Virus record (IMG/VR): IMGVR_UViG_3300027730_000040
Span: 1-55,004 of that record
DNA: 55,004 bases
Origin: a virus
Lineage: Duplodnaviria; Caudoviricetes
Strand: one strand, 5' to 3'
The translations under genes and the position numbers were made by a program. Under the pieces are notes generated by a model. That model was not told the DNA's origin and searched no databases. It saw nothing but the letters and a program-made list of their open reading frames with translations. Position 1 is the stretch's first letter; each line of letters begins with the position of its first letter. Below are positions 35,616 to 45,879 of this stretch, piece after piece.

Positions 35616-36142
35616 CTGCGACAGCAGAAAACGATTTATCCTGGTACGCTCTGCGCGTGATCAGCCAACGCGAGGACATGGTCAAAAAGCACCTGATCAA
35701 TCGCGGGCATAAGGCCTTCATCAAGACTGAGCGCCGCTTCGGCAAATGGATAAATGGCAAGCGCTCCGACAAGGAATATGTTGCGGCGCCGTCCTATGTT
35801 TTCTTAGGCATCGCGGGCAATCCTTGGATGGAAGTTCACCGCAACCATTTGATCCGCAACGTAGTCTCCCTCTGTGGCAGACCCGTGCTGCTTGATCCTG
35901 TCGCTTTGGCTGACTTTCTTGGCTTTGATGATTTCGACATGCCTGATTACATGCGCTACTTTCATGAAGCGCCTTTTGCCATCGGGGACATGGTCAAGAT
36001 CGACAGCCGAAGCTTTGATGGTTTTGAGCTGAAGGTGCGCGACATTCAACGCGGCGAGGCGATCTTCTCGCTTGTGATGATGGGTCGCGAAACAGAGGCC
36101 CGCTTCCCCGTGTCTCAGTGTTACAAAGCCGAGGCGGCATGA
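35612..36142 (+). CDS. NusG/RfaH-family antiterminator (late-gene regulator position)
   Basis: WYALRV, PSYVF, KOW-like FAIGDMVKI..FDGF; last gene before the late operon. Confidence 0.82.
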   Translation: MTATAENDLSWYALRVISQREDMVKKHLINRGHKAFIKTERRFGKWINGKRSDKEYVAAPSYVFLGIAGNPWMEVHRNHLIRNVVSLCGRPVLLDPVALADFLGFDDFDMPDYMRYFHEAPFAIGDMVKIDSRSFDGFELKVRDIQRGEAIFSLVMMGRETEARFPVSQCYKAEAA

Positions 36143-36340
36143 ACCCCTAGGGGTTGTGTCCTCGCGCAAAGCAAGGCACAAATGAGGCGTGGGCTGTCTA
36201 GGGGCTAGCTGCCTCTACGCGATTATTCGGTAACGCCCATCCGGCATCCGGGGTCGATTGGCTCTGGTCTAAGTCCCGCCGTAAGGTCGTTTTTACGGCC
36301 CTACCTCAAGCCATGTCCAAAATCGGAGAGGGGGCTCTCC

Positions 36341-36937
36341 ATGCTCAACATCGGAGACTTCGCGCTTATCCTATTGGCGCTGGCCGGCGCGGTTGCGGTC
36401 GGCGGCTACTGGTTCAGCAAAAGCCGCCTTGAGCCCATAGGGATCGTTCGGTGTAACGAGTGGACGGACGAGAAGGTCCGTCAGGCCGTCATCAAAGCTG
36501 TCAAGGGCGTGGATGTGGCGTCTATGACGGCAGAGGATGCCGAAGCGCATCTTGAGGAGCTTGCGCGGCACGCCATTGCGCGGGAATACGCCGAAATACA
36601 TCCCGGTCTGCATCTCCAGGTCACAGATCACTGGCCCGACGCCAAGTGCGTGATATCAGGCAATATCGCCAGCATTCGCCCGTGGGTGGGTCATCAGATC
36701 GTCGGCGACCGGGAAGGGATCCGGGTCGTCAACGTCGAGGTAAACCGGCAGGCGACCCTGAAGCTGGACGCCCGCCGACCCCTCAAGGAGGCGTGGGACG
36801 ACATTCACAGCCCGCCCAAGCGCACCGAACCTGTCGCGCCCCTGCGCAAGATCGCAGCCGTTCCAAGCGCAAGGCCAATAGCCCCGGCGCCCCAACCCGC
36901 CCCGAAGCAGCCGCCCAAGGCGACACGAAAGCGCTAG
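36341..36937 (+). CDS. Hypothetical protein with N-terminal TM
   Basis: 198 aa; RBS within a GGAGAG/CTCTCC hairpin. Confidence 0.65.
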   Translation: MLNIGDFALILLALAGAVAVGGYWFSKSRLEPIGIVRCNEWTDEKVRQAVIKAVKGVDVASMTAEDAEAHLEELARHAIAREYAEIHPGLHLQVTDHWPDAKCVISGNIASIRPWVGHQIVGDREGIRVVNVEVNRQATLKLDARRPLKEAWDDIHSPPKRTEPVAPLRKIAAVPSARPIAPAPQPAPKQPPKATRKR

Positions 36938-37116
36938 TCCTTCAGTCCAGCCGCCTGCCGCAAGACATGACGGGCCAGCCCAGTGACGGACTGGCCCTCA
37001 AGGGCGGCGGTTTTCTCGACCTGTTCGTATTCGGCAAAGGTCAGGCGCACGGAGATGGTCTTCCACCTCTCGTTGCGGGCCTGTTCTGCGGCAATCTGAT
37101 AGCTGCGGCGGGTCAT
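36934..37116 (-). CDS. Ribbon-helix-helix protein
   Basis: TISVRLTFAEYEQVEKTAALEGQSVTGLAR. Confidence 0.7.
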   Translation of the reverse strand: MTRRSYQIAAEQARNERWKTISVRLTFAEYEQVEKTAALEGQSVTGLARHVLRQAAGLKD

Positions 37117-37295
37117 TGGGACGCCTCCGGTTGAAATTCCCACTGCTCGCTGCCGTCCTGCGGCTCAGCCAATACGGGCTGGCCCCGCTCGTTGGCCATT
37201 CTCTGGGCTATTTGGTGCAGCTCATCGCTGACCTCTGGGCCTTGCAGTCCGGCGGCAAGCTCGTTGCCGTGTTTGTCTGTGATCATCCAAGTCAT
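37113..37295 (-). CDS. Small hypothetical protein
   Basis: GGAGAC RBS before MTWMITD; coupled to the RHH gene. Confidence 0.55.
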   Translation of the reverse strand: MTWMITDKHGNELAAGLQGPEVSDELHQIAQRMANERGQPVLAEPQDGSEQWEFQPEASQ

Positions 37296-37345
37296 CTGCG
37301 TCTCCATCTGAGGTAGGGACCGGCCCCCTTTCGAGGGCCGGGAGG

Positions 37346-37516
37346 TTATTCTTTCCAGACTGGCTCGCCACGGCCGGCGAGAATTGCTGCAATCTGCTCC
37401 ATCGTTTTTTTCGCCGTTTCTTTGGCTTCTGGCGGCATATGGCTGGAGCACAGTGTTCCGTTGGCGTTTTTGTAGCGATTGCGAAGTGTGCTGGTCGGCT
37501 GGTTAGCGAAGTTCAT
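37346..37516 (-). CDS. Small hypothetical protein
   Basis: GGAGAC RBS before MNFANQP. Confidence 0.55.
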   Translation of the reverse strand: MNFANQPTSTLRNRYKNANGTLCSSHMPPEAKETAKKTMEQIAAILAGRGEPVWKE

Positions 37517-37540
37517 GTTGGTCTCCATCTGCTGACCAGT

Positions 37541-37587
37541 CATATATGGCATAGCCATACGGTCAGCGCAATGGCTTAGCCATATAT
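37541..37587 (-). promoter_or_regulatory. Promoter with two palindromic operators ATGGC(A/T)TAGCCAT
   Basis: Copies at 37546-37558 and 37571-37583; minus strand TTGCGC-N17-CATATA. Confidence 0.65.
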
Positions 37588-37619
37588 TTTCATCACGAAT
37601 TGTTACAGTTAGGCGGGTC

Positions 37620-37949
37620 ATGATCCAGCGCCTGAATTTCAAGAACCGGAACGCTGGCCGGCAACCCCGCGCAAACGCATTCCTGCGTGCATGGCGCATC
37701 GCACGCCGCAAGCGTGTGGCCTACGCCCGCGCTCAGGTAGCCGACACCATGAAGGCCCTACAGCGCCAGATCGCGCGCTACGAGGCCCTGGCGGTCGCCT
37801 ATGACGTTCCAGTGGCCCCTGCACCGCCGCTTCCTGTGCTGCCGACACTCCCCGGCGCGGACTGGGTCGAGTTCAAGCAGGCGATGGGCGAGCTGAAGCA
37901 GCCCGTGAAGTTCGCGCCCGCTGCAAATGGACAGCCGGAAACAGCCTGA
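37620..37949 (+). CDS. Hypothetical protein
   Basis: 109 aa. Confidence 0.55.
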   Translation: MIQRLNFKNRNAGRQPRANAFLRAWRIARRKRVAYARAQVADTMKALQRQIARYEALAVAYDVPVAPAPPLPVLPTLPGADWVEFKQAMGELKQPVKFAPAANGQPETA

Positions 37950-38038
37950 CAATCGCTGCTCCACTCTATCGAGGCACCTATGATCGTTGCCTTCATCGAA
38001 CTCTGTTCTAGATTTATCCACTGGCTGGATAGCTGACA

Positions 38039-38236
38039 ATGGCGAGCAATCCCGGCGTCCCCGTTGTCATCCTCGCCAGTGGCGGTCGCGCAGTCACCCA
38101 GCTTCAAAGCACTGTAGCTGCCGCTGCCCCCGTGATGACCCCCAACGCCACTCTAGGCCAAGCCATCACGCTGGTCGCATCGGGTGGCCTTCCAGCCGTC
38201 CTCATCAACGAGAACGGCGACGACTACGTAGCCTAA
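38039..38236 (+). CDS. Small hypothetical protein
   Basis: 65 aa with repeated ASGG-x-P/A-V pattern. Confidence 0.55.
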   Translation: MASNPGVPVVILASGGRAVTQLQSTVAAAAPVMTPNATLGQAITLVASGGLPAVLINENGDDYVA

Positions 38237-38274
38237 CTTATCCACAGGCGCTCAGACCGCTAAGGACGAACACG

Positions 38275-38595
38275 ATGGGCGATGGAGCCGGAACAAATAA
38301 AATAGGCAAAAATACTGGCAGCGCCGGAAGGGGCAGGCCACCAGGCTCGCTCAACAAGGCAACGGCTGAGATCAAGGCTGCTGCACGCAAGCACGGCCCC
38401 GAAGCCCTGAAGGTTCTTGCCGCTTTGATGAAGAACGCCGAGAGCGAGCAGGCGCAGATCGCAGCGGCCAAGGAAATCCTCGACCGCGCCTACGGGAAGG
38501 CAACCCAGCCAGTTGGGGAAGACCCCGACATGCCATTCGTCAGCAAGGTGCAGCGTGATGCAGCGGTCGCAGCAGCGTACCTCGCAAACTCCTAG
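38275..38595 (+). CDS. terS: Terminase small subunit
   Basis: GRPPGSLNK, AAAKEILDRAYGK; precedes the large subunit. Confidence 0.75.
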   Translation: MGDGAGTNKIGKNTGSAGRGRPPGSLNKATAEIKAAARKHGPEALKVLAALMKNAESEQAQIAAAKEILDRAYGKATQPVGEDPDMPFVSKVQRDAAVAAAYLANS

Positions 38596-40042
38596 CGCCG
38601 AGGATTTCGCCTTCTCACGGCTGACGGCCTATTCGGCCTACCAGTGGTCAGGCTACCGCTACCCCGACCACGTCAGGCTGATTGCCAGAGAACTGGAAGC
38701 ACTGGAGCGGGGCGAGAACGACCGGCTGATGCTGTTCCTCCCGCCGCGTCACGGCAAGAGCCACACGGCATCCGAGAACTTCCCGGCATGGTATCTCGGC
38801 AGGAACCCTGACCACTACGTCATCGCTGCAAGCCACACGCAGGAACTGGCAGACGATTTCGGGCGCAAGGTCCGAAACCAGATTGCCGATCCGGTCTTTG
38901 CTCAGGTCTTCCCCGGAGTGAAGATCAAGTCGGACTCAACGGCGGTCAAACGCTTCCACGTTCAGGGCAACCCGGATGATTCATTCACCACGGGCCAGAA
39001 CGGGGCATACTTCGCGGTAGGCGTCGGTGGACCTCTGACGGGCCGTGGCGCCCACCTGCTTCTGATCGATGACCCGATCAAGAACCGTGAGGACGCGGAC
39101 AGCGAGACCATCCGCAAGAAGATCAAGGACTGGTACACGTCCACGGCCTACACCCGCCTGATGCCTGGCGGCAAAATCGTGATCATTCAGACCCGCTGGC
39201 ACGAGGACGACCTTTCGGGCTGGTTGCTCAAGGAGCACGCCCACGAGAACTGGAAGGTGGTGAACCTGCCGGCCATCTCGGACGACGGGCAGGCTCTGTG
39301 GCCTGAACAATACGACATCGAGGCCCTTGAGCGGATCAGGCGCGCAGTCGGCCCCAGAGACTGGTCAGCTCTGTATCAACAGCGGCCCGTCCCAGACGAG
39401 GGCGACTATTTCAAAGCCGACTGGCTCAAGACGGTCGATGTCCTGCCCGACCGGGCAACGCTCAAGGTCTATGGCGGATCTGACTACGCGGTCACGGCAA
39501 ACGGTGGTGACTACACGGTCCATGCCGTCGTCGGGATCGACCCTGAGAACCGGATGTACCTGCTGGACCTCTGGCGCGGCCAATCCTCGTCCGATGTCTG
39601 GGTCGATGCTTTCTGCGACCTCGTCGCCAAGTGGAAGCCCATAGGCTGGGCGGAAGAGGGCGGGCAGATCAAGTCTGGCGTTGGTCCGTTCCTGCTTCGG
39701 CGGATGATGGAGCGCAAGGCCTACGTGCATCGCGAGAGCTTCCCGACACGGGGCGACAAGTCGGTCAGGGCTCAGTCCATCCGTGGCCGCATGGCGATGC
39801 TGGGCCTCTACATGCGTGCTGACGCGCCCTGGCGTGCTGACCTCGTCTCGGAGATGCTGAGCTTCCCCGTGGGGGTTCATGACGATGCTGTCGATGCGCT
39901 GGGCCTCGTAGGTCAGCTCCTCGACAAGATGCAGGCTGGAAAGGCGCCAGAGCCTGACAGACCCAAGCCCACGGCCAAGGTTGGCCAGATTTACCTGCCC
40001 GGTGCGCCGCAGCCAGTAACGAGCAAACGGAAGAACTGGTGA
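38558..40042 (+). CDS. terL: Terminase large subunit
   Basis: PPRHGKS Walker A, LLIDDP Walker B, QTRWHEDD, nuclease SDYA...HDDAVDA. Confidence 0.93.
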   Translation: MQRSQQRTSQTPSAEDFAFSRLTAYSAYQWSGYRYPDHVRLIARELEALERGENDRLMLFLPPRHGKSHTASENFPAWYLGRNPDHYVIAASHTQELADDFGRKVRNQIADPVFAQVFPGVKIKSDSTAVKRFHVQGNPDDSFTTGQNGAYFAVGVGGPLTGRGAHLLLIDDPIKNREDADSETIRKKIKDWYTSTAYTRLMPGGKIVIIQTRWHEDDLSGWLLKEHAHENWKVVNLPAISDDGQALWPEQYDIEALERIRRAVGPRDWSALYQQRPVPDEGDYFKADWLKTVDVLPDRATLKVYGGSDYAVTANGGDYTVHAVVGIDPENRMYLLDLWRGQSSSDVWVDAFCDLVAKWKPIGWAEEGGQIKSGVGPFLLRRMMERKAYVHRESFPTRGDKSVRAQSIRGRMAMLGLYMRADAPWRADLVSEMLSFPVGVHDDAVDALGLVGQLLDKMQAGKAPEPDRPKPTAKVGQIYLPGAPQPVTSKRKNW

Positions 40043-42327
40043 TGGTAGACGACAACGCCCCAGCAGCACCGGAGGACGCTCCCAAGGACGAGGAGCAATC
40101 CCGCGACGCCAAGCCGTGGTGCGACATGATCGAGGGCGCCGAGAAAGTTTTCGATGAATGGCACAAAACCTGTGACAACATCGGGAAGGACTACGCATCC
40201 AGCGCTCGCCTCAAGTCAGGTGGCGACCGTGAGTTCCAGATGCTCTACGCCAACCTCGAAGTCCTCAAGCCGTCGATCTATGCGAGAGCCCCGCAACCTG
40301 TCGTGGTTCAGAGGTTCAAAGACAGCAATCGCGCGGTAGCCCGCAAGACCGGCGAGATGCTGGAACGCGCCCTGATTGCATCCTTCGATGGCGAAAAGGT
40401 CCACGACACGCTGAAGCGCGTCCGTGATGACCTTGCCCTCACAGGCCGTGGCCAGATGTGGCTGCGATATGAGACCTACGAGAAGGGCGACGGTATCGAG
40501 GAGAGCGTCCGCTACGAGTGGGTGCATCGCAGGGATTTCCTGCATGAGCCCTCACGTATCTGGGCGGAAAACGGCTGGGTTGCGCGTGGCACATGGCTGA
40601 CCAAGGAAGCCGGTGAGAAACGCTTCAAGGATGCATGGCAGAACATTGCCTATGTCGATGCCGAGGACACTGCGGACGAATACAAGATCGACAAGAAGGC
40701 GCGTGTCTGGGAGCTATGGCACCGGGCTAAAAACCTTGTGGTCTGGGTGCATCCTCATGCACCTGAAGTGCTGGACATCGCCCCGCCGCACCTGAACATC
40801 GAGGGCTTCTGGCCGTGTCCCAGGCCGTGCTTCGGGACGATTGAGCCTGACAGCCTCGTCCCTGTACCGGATGCGAGTTTCTACAGGGATCAGCTCGAAG
40901 AGATCAACGAACTCACGGCCCGCATCAGTGCGCTGAGCGAGAGCCTGAAATTGGTGGGCTTCTACGCCTCTGGCTCTGAGGACATCGGTGCAGCCGTCGA
41001 GCTTGCGATGCGCCAGATGAACTCTGGCGAGAACCGCCGCGTCATGGTCCCGCTACCGGGCATGTCGCAGATGGGTGGCCCTGCTGCTCTCAGAGATGCA
41101 ATTGTGTGGTTGCCGGTTCAGGAAGTGGCTCAGACGGTCAAGGAACTAGTTGGCCTTCGCCGGCAGTTGATCGATGACGTGTACCAGATCAGCGGCATCT
41201 CAGACATCATGCGCGGCCAGACCGAGGCATCTGAGACGCTTGGCGCTCAGCAGCTCAAGAGCCAGTACGGCTCAATCCGCATCCGTGACCGTCAGGGTGA
41301 GATGGTTCGGATTGCGGATGGCGCATTGAACATCGCTGGCGAGATCATGGCCGAGAACTTCTCGCCCCAGACGCTCATCGAGATGTCTCAGATCGAGGAC
41401 TTGCCGAAGCAGGCTGACGTTCTGGCAAAGCATCAGCAGGAGGCAATGCAGAAGATTGCGCAGCTTGCGCAGCAGATGCAGGCCCCGCCTCAGCCTGGAC
41501 CGGATGGACAGCCGCCGCCTCCGCCTGATCCTGCGCAGTTCGAGCAGGCCAAGCAGGGCATCATTGCGACGCACCAGAAGGAAGCTGCGGACATTGTCAC
41601 CATTGAGAAGGTGGTGAGCCTTCTGCGGAACCAGAAGATCCGCCCGTTCACGCTGATGATTGCGACGGACTCAACGATACAACCGGACGAGAACGCAGAG
41701 AAGGCGGCGCGCAACGAGTTCTCAACGGCCTTTGCTCAGACGACCAATGCGCTTGCTCCATTGCTTGCACAGGCCCCGGAGGCTGCGGACTTCGCCGGTG
41801 AGATGCTCAAGTTCATGCTGGCCCCGTTCAGGGCAGGCCGGCAGATGGAGCAGGCCATCGATGATTTCGTGGAGATGATGGCCAAGAAAGCGAAGGAGCC
41901 GCGACCGCCCGGACCTGAAGTTGCGAAGGCCGAGATGGAGGCTAAGGCGCTTGAGCAGGACATGCAGGCCAAGGCGCTGGAGCTACAGGATCGTCAGGCT
42001 GAGCGTGCAGCCAAGGCGCAGCAAAGCCAGATGGATGGCGCGGTGAAGGCGCAGGAAGCGCAGGCCAAGCAGCAGCAGGCTGCGGCTGAGGCGATGATCC
42101 GCGATGCTGAGATGAAGGCCAAGTTGCAGGAGATTGGCCTCAAGGCGCAGTCAGACGCGCGGGCGCAGGCTCACGCTGAGCGTATCCAGCAGGGCGAGAT
42201 GCAGCTCCAGCAGATGCAGATTCAGCTCGCGGCCATGAAGCTTCAGGTCGAACGCGAAAAGCTGATGATGCAGGCATCTGGCGAGCAAGAAGAGACGGGC
42301 GAGCCTTACAACGAGGCGTTTGTCTGA
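40039..42327 (+). CDS. Portal protein (long podovirus type with C-terminal helical barrel)
   Basis: 762 aa directly after terL; SGISDIMRG..ETLGAQQLK; Gln/Ala-rich C-terminus. Confidence 0.85.
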   Translation: MMVDDNAPAAPEDAPKDEEQSRDAKPWCDMIEGAEKVFDEWHKTCDNIGKDYASSARLKSGGDREFQMLYANLEVLKPSIYARAPQPVVVQRFKDSNRAVARKTGEMLERALIASFDGEKVHDTLKRVRDDLALTGRGQMWLRYETYEKGDGIEESVRYEWVHRRDFLHEPSRIWAENGWVARGTWLTKEAGEKRFKDAWQNIAYVDAEDTADEYKIDKKARVWELWHRAKNLVVWVHPHAPEVLDIAPPHLNIEGFWPCPRPCFGTIEPDSLVPVPDASFYRDQLEEINELTARISALSESLKLVGFYASGSEDIGAAVELAMRQMNSGENRRVMVPLPGMSQMGGPAALRDAIVWLPVQEVAQTVKELVGLRRQLIDDVYQISGISDIMRGQTEASETLGAQQLKSQYGSIRIRDRQGEMVRIADGALNIAGEIMAENFSPQTLIEMSQIEDLPKQADVLAKHQQEAMQKIAQLAQQMQAPPQPGPDGQPPPPPDPAQFEQAKQGIIATHQKEAADIVTIEKVVSLLRNQKIRPFTLMIATDSTIQPDENAEKAARNEFSTAFAQTTNALAPLLAQAPEAADFAGEMLKFMLAPFRAGRQMEQAIDDFVEMMAKKAKEPRPPGPEVAKAEMEAKALEQDMQAKALELQDRQAERAAKAQQSQMDGAVKAQEAQAKQQQAAAEAMIRDAEMKAKLQEIGLKAQSDARAQAHAERIQQGEMQLQQMQIQLAAMKLQVEREKLMMQASGEQEETGEPYNEAFV

Positions 42328-42421
42328 TGACCGCCTACCTCACACACGTTGCAGCCTTCCTGATGGGATTCCTGACGTGCGCTGTGATGGCTGTGGGCTC
42401 TCGCCAACACGGACGCCATTG

Positions 42422-42730
42422 ATGAAGTCTGGCTGGGACCGCGCGGAGTTCTTTGCCCTTGCTGCAAGGCTCAACGCTGCTGGCATTGGGGAGGCCCGTC
42501 CACCAAACGAGGATGAGACAGCGGGCGTGTACCTCTCAGCGCTCTATGGCTGGGTATTCGATGCCTGCACACGGACGCCGGTTCTGGACGATCCGCCAAA
42601 TCGCATGATCCGGCGCGTCCGGTTTGATGACCACCTGATCGACCACGATGCGCAGGCCCTGTTGCGGGGCGAGAACCTAGACCCGACAAAGCGGGGCGTG
42701 TCGTTCACGTACAAACGCGGGAGCTTCTGA
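42422..42730 (+). CDS. Hypothetical protein (preceded by a 31-aa TM peptide at 42327-42422)
   Basis: Chain of TGATG couplings. Confidence 0.55.
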   Translation: MKSGWDRAEFFALAARLNAAGIGEARPPNEDETAGVYLSALYGWVFDACTRTPVLDDPPNRMIRRVRFDDHLIDHDAQALLRGENLDPTKRGVSFTYKRGSF

Positions 42731-43269
42731 TGGCCGACACCGAGCAACTGGACGAGGACAAGCGCTGCACACTGTTCGACAAGAAGCAGACCTTCTGCCA
42801 GCGCTGCTCCGAGTTCCACACTGCTGACGACTGGATGGCATCCTGCGAGCGCTACATCGGCGCGGCACCGATCCGCAAATGCACGACATGCGACGGCTGG
42901 CATCCTCTGGATCGGTGGTCGGGCAACTGCATGCCTGAGCCGAATTGGAACGAGAGCGACCTCAACGTCTGCCGCAACTTCATCAGCGACAATCTGGAAA
43001 GCATTGGCGGTCTGAACGGCGTCCAGTGTCAGGCGAGCGGCATCCACTTCACGAGCAAGTCCAAGATGCGCCGGGAATACAAGGCTCGCGGCATGGTGGA
43101 GATGGGCAACGATAAGCAGAAGCCGGTTGGCCGTCCCAAGCCTGACCGCAAGGCGATCAAGGAAGCCGTCGCCAAGGCCAACAACATCGTCTTCAACGAA
43201 GGCGGAACCGTCGCCAACTATCGCGCCAGAGCAAAGCCGGGGGCAACACCCTTCGGTGTCATCAAGTGA
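42730..43269 (+). CDS. Cys/His-rich hypothetical protein
   Basis: Two CxxC..H..W..C units. Confidence 0.65.
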   Translation: MADTEQLDEDKRCTLFDKKQTFCQRCSEFHTADDWMASCERYIGAAPIRKCTTCDGWHPLDRWSGNCMPEPNWNESDLNVCRNFISDNLESIGGLNGVQCQASGIHFTSKSKMRREYKARGMVEMGNDKQKPVGRPKPDRKAIKEAVAKANNIVFNEGGTVANYRARAKPGATPFGVIK

Positions 43270-43478
43270 GCAAGCGCATCACCCTGACGCTCAACGACGA
43301 AGAACTCGAAGCCATTGCCAAGCTGCGTGACACGCTGATGCCGACAAGCACGATTGCGGGCTTCGCGGCTGACTGCCTGATGCACGCGGTCGAACTCGAA
43401 CTGCACGGCATCGAATGCCAGTGCGAGCATCTCACCAGAGTTCTCGACGAATGGCTACCTTCGGGTCGCCCGAACTAA
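43266..43478 (+). CDS. Small hypothetical (possible RHH) protein
   Basis: KRITLTLNDEE. Confidence 0.5.
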   Translation: MSKRITLTLNDEELEAIAKLRDTLMPTSTIAGFAADCLMHAVELELHGIECQCEHLTRVLDEWLPSGRPN

Positions 43479-43500
43479 CCTCCCTCAAACGGAGCCACAC

Positions 43501-44748
43501 ATGGCCGACGACCTTTCTAGCGCCCCTCAAACGGGCGGCAGCGAACCTGCATCTGCACCTTCGGTAAGCACCGGACCTTCGACAGCACCTGCTGCATCTG
43601 AGGGCAAGGCATCCGCGCCGGCCAAGGCTGACAAGTCGCCATCGATCAGCGATGCCATCCGCACGGCCTTCAACACGGTCGAGGCTCGCCCGCCGACCGA
43701 GACGGAACGCGCAGCGGCTGTCCTTCGTGATGGTCCTGGCGCAGACGAGAGGCTGATCGCCAAAGCCAAGAGCGCTGCTGAGAAGCACGCGCTTGATGCA
43801 ACGGCAAGGTCTGAGGCATCCGAGCGCACGGCCAAGGGCTGGGAGACGCGCCGGGCCAACATGGAGGCTGCAAAGGCTGCGCCTGTAGCAAATCCAACAG
43901 CACCGCCTGCCACACCGACGCCGACCGCGCCCAGCAGGTATCAGCCCCCGCAGCGGATGTCGTCAGAGGCGAAGGCGACATGGGAAGCAGCGCCTGAGCC
44001 TCTCCGCGCCGAAGTTGTGCGGATGCATGACGAACTGAGCGCCGGGCTGGTCAAGCATCGGGAGGGCGCCGAACGCTGGAACGAGCTTGCCGAATATGAC
44101 CGGCTTTCGCAGGAAACCTACAAGGCGCCCCTCAAGGAGACGCTGAAGAACTACGTCGAGTTCGACCGCCTGCTCGCAACGAACATGCCTGCGGGCATCG
44201 AGCGGCTGGTAAAGAACCAAGGCTATGAGAGCCTCTACCAGTTCGCCAAGCAGATCGTGGACGAGGTTGAACCGGACACTGCATTCGACACCGAGAACAC
44301 CGACCTCCAGCGCAGGCTGGAAGAGACCGAGAAGCGCCTCGCGGCTTACGAGCAGGCCCAGCAGCGGCGTCAGCAGGAAGAGATGGAGCAGCGTTCTTCC
44401 TCGATCCAGAACCAGGTTGCAGAGTTCTCGAAGGCTCATCCGCGCTTTGATGAGCTTGCGCGAGACATCGAGACAGAACTGCACAATCCGAGATTTGCAC
44501 CGGACCTTGAACCAATGGCCCGGTTGAAGAAAGCTTACGAGAAGGTCGAGCGGCTCAACCCCGCTCCGTCGCTCTCGCCCCCCGCGCCGGATATTCCGGC
44601 GCCCGACTACGCGGCTCAAACCCGACGCGGTCAAGCATCCATTACTGGCGCACCCGGCGCAGGCTCAAACCCTGCCGCGAGAAGGCCAGTCCCCTCGTCA
44701 GCACGCGATGCCATCACGGCTGCTTTCAGCAAGCTGGGCATTGCATAA
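43501..44748 (+). CDS. Capsid scaffolding protein
   Basis: Low-complexity helical protein just before the capsid gene. Confidence 0.75.
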   Translation: MADDLSSAPQTGGSEPASAPSVSTGPSTAPAASEGKASAPAKADKSPSISDAIRTAFNTVEARPPTETERAAAVLRDGPGADERLIAKAKSAAEKHALDATARSEASERTAKGWETRRANMEAAKAAPVANPTAPPATPTPTAPSRYQPPQRMSSEAKATWEAAPEPLRAEVVRMHDELSAGLVKHREGAERWNELAEYDRLSQETYKAPLKETLKNYVEFDRLLATNMPAGIERLVKNQGYESLYQFAKQIVDEVEPDTAFDTENTDLQRRLEETEKRLAAYEQAQQRRQQEEMEQRSSSIQNQVAEFSKAHPRFDELARDIETELHNPRFAPDLEPMARLKKAYEKVERLNPAPSLSPPAPDIPAPDYAAQTRRGQASITGAPGAGSNPAARRPVPSSARDAITAAFSKLGIA

Positions 44749-44767
44749 CCCATAAGGACGCCTTGTC

Positions 44768-45778
44768 GTGCCACTAACAACCACAGAAAAACTGGGGGAA
44801 GCGTTCTCGCTTGCCTTGGAGTTCCGGTCACCCGGATATCAAGACCTCGTCTCCAACGCGAACGCCATTCTCTTCACCATGAAGAGCAAGGGCGGATGGA
44901 AAGCCTACAGCGGCCCAACCATTCGTGTTCGCCAACTCTACAACGAAACGGGCAGCTATATTCGCTATAACGGCGCTCAGTTTCTGTCGCCGTCGCCTGT
45001 CGAACTGTTCAACGACGCCGAGTTCACGCCGAAGCTTGGCGCTGTCTCGATCATGCTGACCGGACAGGAAATTCTCCAGAACAGCGGAGAAGGGCAACTC
45101 GAAAACGTTTTCGAGATGCACATGGAAGCTGCTGAGCAGGAACTGCAAGACCGTTTCTGCGAGGACATCCACTCTGCCGGAACGAGCGACAACCAGATTG
45201 GCGGTCTTCAGCTTGCCATTCCGACCACGCCGTCGAGCGGCACGTATGGCGGCATCAGCCGGGTGTCCAACACCCAATGGCGAACGACGAGCTACAATGC
45301 CAACTCGATCACGGTTGCTGGCACGGCGATTACGGCGGTCACCTCGACCACTGTTCGTCCGCTGTTCAACCACATCGTGTTCGCCCGCTCGCGCGGTCAA
45401 CGCGGCCCCGACCTGATCACCTGCTCAACCCAGCATTATCAGGCGTATGATGCGGCCCTCTCGGCCATTCAGCGCATCAACGACGAGAATGGTCTCGGCA
45501 AGGGCGGTTTCAGCGCAATGAAGTATTACGGCGCTGGCAAGTCCATCGACGTGGTGCTCGAAGGCGGTGTCGGTACGGCCATGCCGGATGACGCATCCTA
45601 CTTCATCTCGATGAAGGATCTGCAATTCTACTACAACAAGGACCGCAACTTCGAGCGGTTCGGCGGCAAGCAGATGCCGATCAACCAGGACGCTGTGGTC
45701 CAGCACATCGGCTTCATGGGCGAACTCGTCCTGAAGAACCCGGTGCATACTGCCAAGCTGTACGATTCCAGCCCCTGA
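44768..45778 (+). CDS. Major capsid protein
   Basis: 336 aa; position; GTYGGISR..WR and PINQDAVV motifs. Confidence 0.85.
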   Translation: MPLTTTEKLGEAFSLALEFRSPGYQDLVSNANAILFTMKSKGGWKAYSGPTIRVRQLYNETGSYIRYNGAQFLSPSPVELFNDAEFTPKLGAVSIMLTGQEILQNSGEGQLENVFEMHMEAAEQELQDRFCEDIHSAGTSDNQIGGLQLAIPTTPSSGTYGGISRVSNTQWRTTSYNANSITVAGTAITAVTSTTVRPLFNHIVFARSRGQRGPDLITCSTQHYQAYDAALSAIQRINDENGLGKGGFSAMKYYGAGKSIDVVLEGGVGTAMPDDASYFISMKDLQFYYNKDRNFERFGGKQMPINQDAVVQHIGFMGELVLKNPVHTAKLYDSSP

Positions 45779-45806
45779 TCGACCTGACCTGAGCAACTGA
45801 TCTTTG

Positions 45807-45840
45807 CCAGCGGCTTGTCCAGAGATGGGTGAGCCGCTGG
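45807..45840 (+). promoter_or_regulatory. 15-bp stem with GAGA tetraloop after the capsid gene (attenuator or processing site)
   Basis: CCAGCGGCTTGTCCA-GAGA-TGGGTGAGCCGCTGG, fully paired with G-U. Confidence 0.6.
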
Positions 45841-45879
45841 TCTGGGTCTCCTTCACATCAATCCAATAGGAAAACTCCA

